Virus record (IMG/VR): IMGVR_UViG_3300044645_000674 | Span: 1-48,667 of that record | DNA length: 48,667 bases | Origin: a virus | Lineage: Duplodnaviria > Caudoviricetes | Reading direction: 5' to 3' (one strand) | Part shown: one piece after another, positions 48,352-48,667 of the stretch | How positions within the stretch are numbered: the stretch's first letter is position 1 | Layout of the letters: every line of letters starts with the position of its first letter | Made by a program: the position numbers and the translations under genes | Notes under the pieces: model-generated | Seen by the model: the letters and a program-made list of their open reading frames with translations, nothing else | What the model was told of the DNA's origin: nothing | Database searches by the model: none

Positions 48352-48667
48352 ACTATCTGTTTTAGTAAATATAATAACTTATCTCTTACAGGTTCAATAC
48401 CATGATCTCTGACAGAGTCTGATAAATCTTTAGACATGTCAAGTATTACATGTGGAATATTATACTTGTCCTGATATCTCTGAGCAGCCTTTATACCGGG
48501 CTCATCATTATCAAACAGTACAATAATCTTAGAATACCTTTCTCTAAGTTTATTTATAACAGATTCTCCAATCATTGTATTCTCACTGTCTGGAGCAATA
48601 CATTCTATATTACCAATACCAAGCTTCTTGAAAGACATAAGGTCTTTAAGTGAAGAAACAATTAGTA
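48348..48667 (-). CDS. DNA primase, C-terminal TOPRIM part (gene continues beyond the window)
   Basis: The frame is open to the window edge: LIVSSLKDLM...APDSE...VLFDNDEPG...SKDLSD. Confidence 0.8.
   Translation of the reverse strand, partial: LIVSSLKDLMSFKKLGIGNIECIAPDSENTMIGESVINKLRERYSKIIVLFDNDEPGIKAAQRYQDKYNIPHVILDMSKDLSDSVRDHGIEPVRDKLLYLLKQIV

Noticed and set aside
37598-48653. Short + strand ORFs opposite the replication genes
   Set aside because: Shadow ORFs overlapping well-supported - strand genes.
1-48667. Stop-codon reassignment (TAG or TGA recoding, known in some crAss-like phages)
   Set aside because: Genes are long and tightly packed in the standard code, and TAG and TGA end genes at sensible boundaries (e.g. 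11341, 33953, 37335).

Overview
AT-rich segment of a large dsDNA tailed-phage genome, most likely crAss-like (Crassvirales or a relative) with a Bacteroidota host. Standard genetic code, no obvious Shine-Dalgarno sites. Two blocks converge at a terminator near 37,340. The + strand (1-37,324) holds seven very large, probably virion-packaged (cargo/ejection) proteins. These include a 4308-aa virion RNA polymerase with fused zincin, P-loop kinase, ADP-ribosyltransferase-like and ASCH-like domains, a 2227-aa protein with a PD-(D/E)xK nuclease, and a protein with two zincin modules plus a cell-wall amidase. The - strand (37,335-48,667) is a replication/early module: primase fragment, GIY-YIG-like protein, DUF6878/DUF6915-like pair, vWA-metallopeptidase plus MoxR-like AAA+, BRCT-like protein, PD-(D/E)xK exonuclease, family B DNA polymerase, DUF932-like protein and MazG-like pyrophosphatase. 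The most striking unexplained signal: in three consecutive giant proteins (about 7,650 aa in total) I found cysteines only at the termini facing the neighbouring gene's product, which suggests a head-to-tail linked ejection chain. Other signals are a recurrent x-x-x-GG motif in three cargo proteins and a QLSLF clamp-binding motif on PolB. All calls come from motif recognition by eye; no database searches were run.
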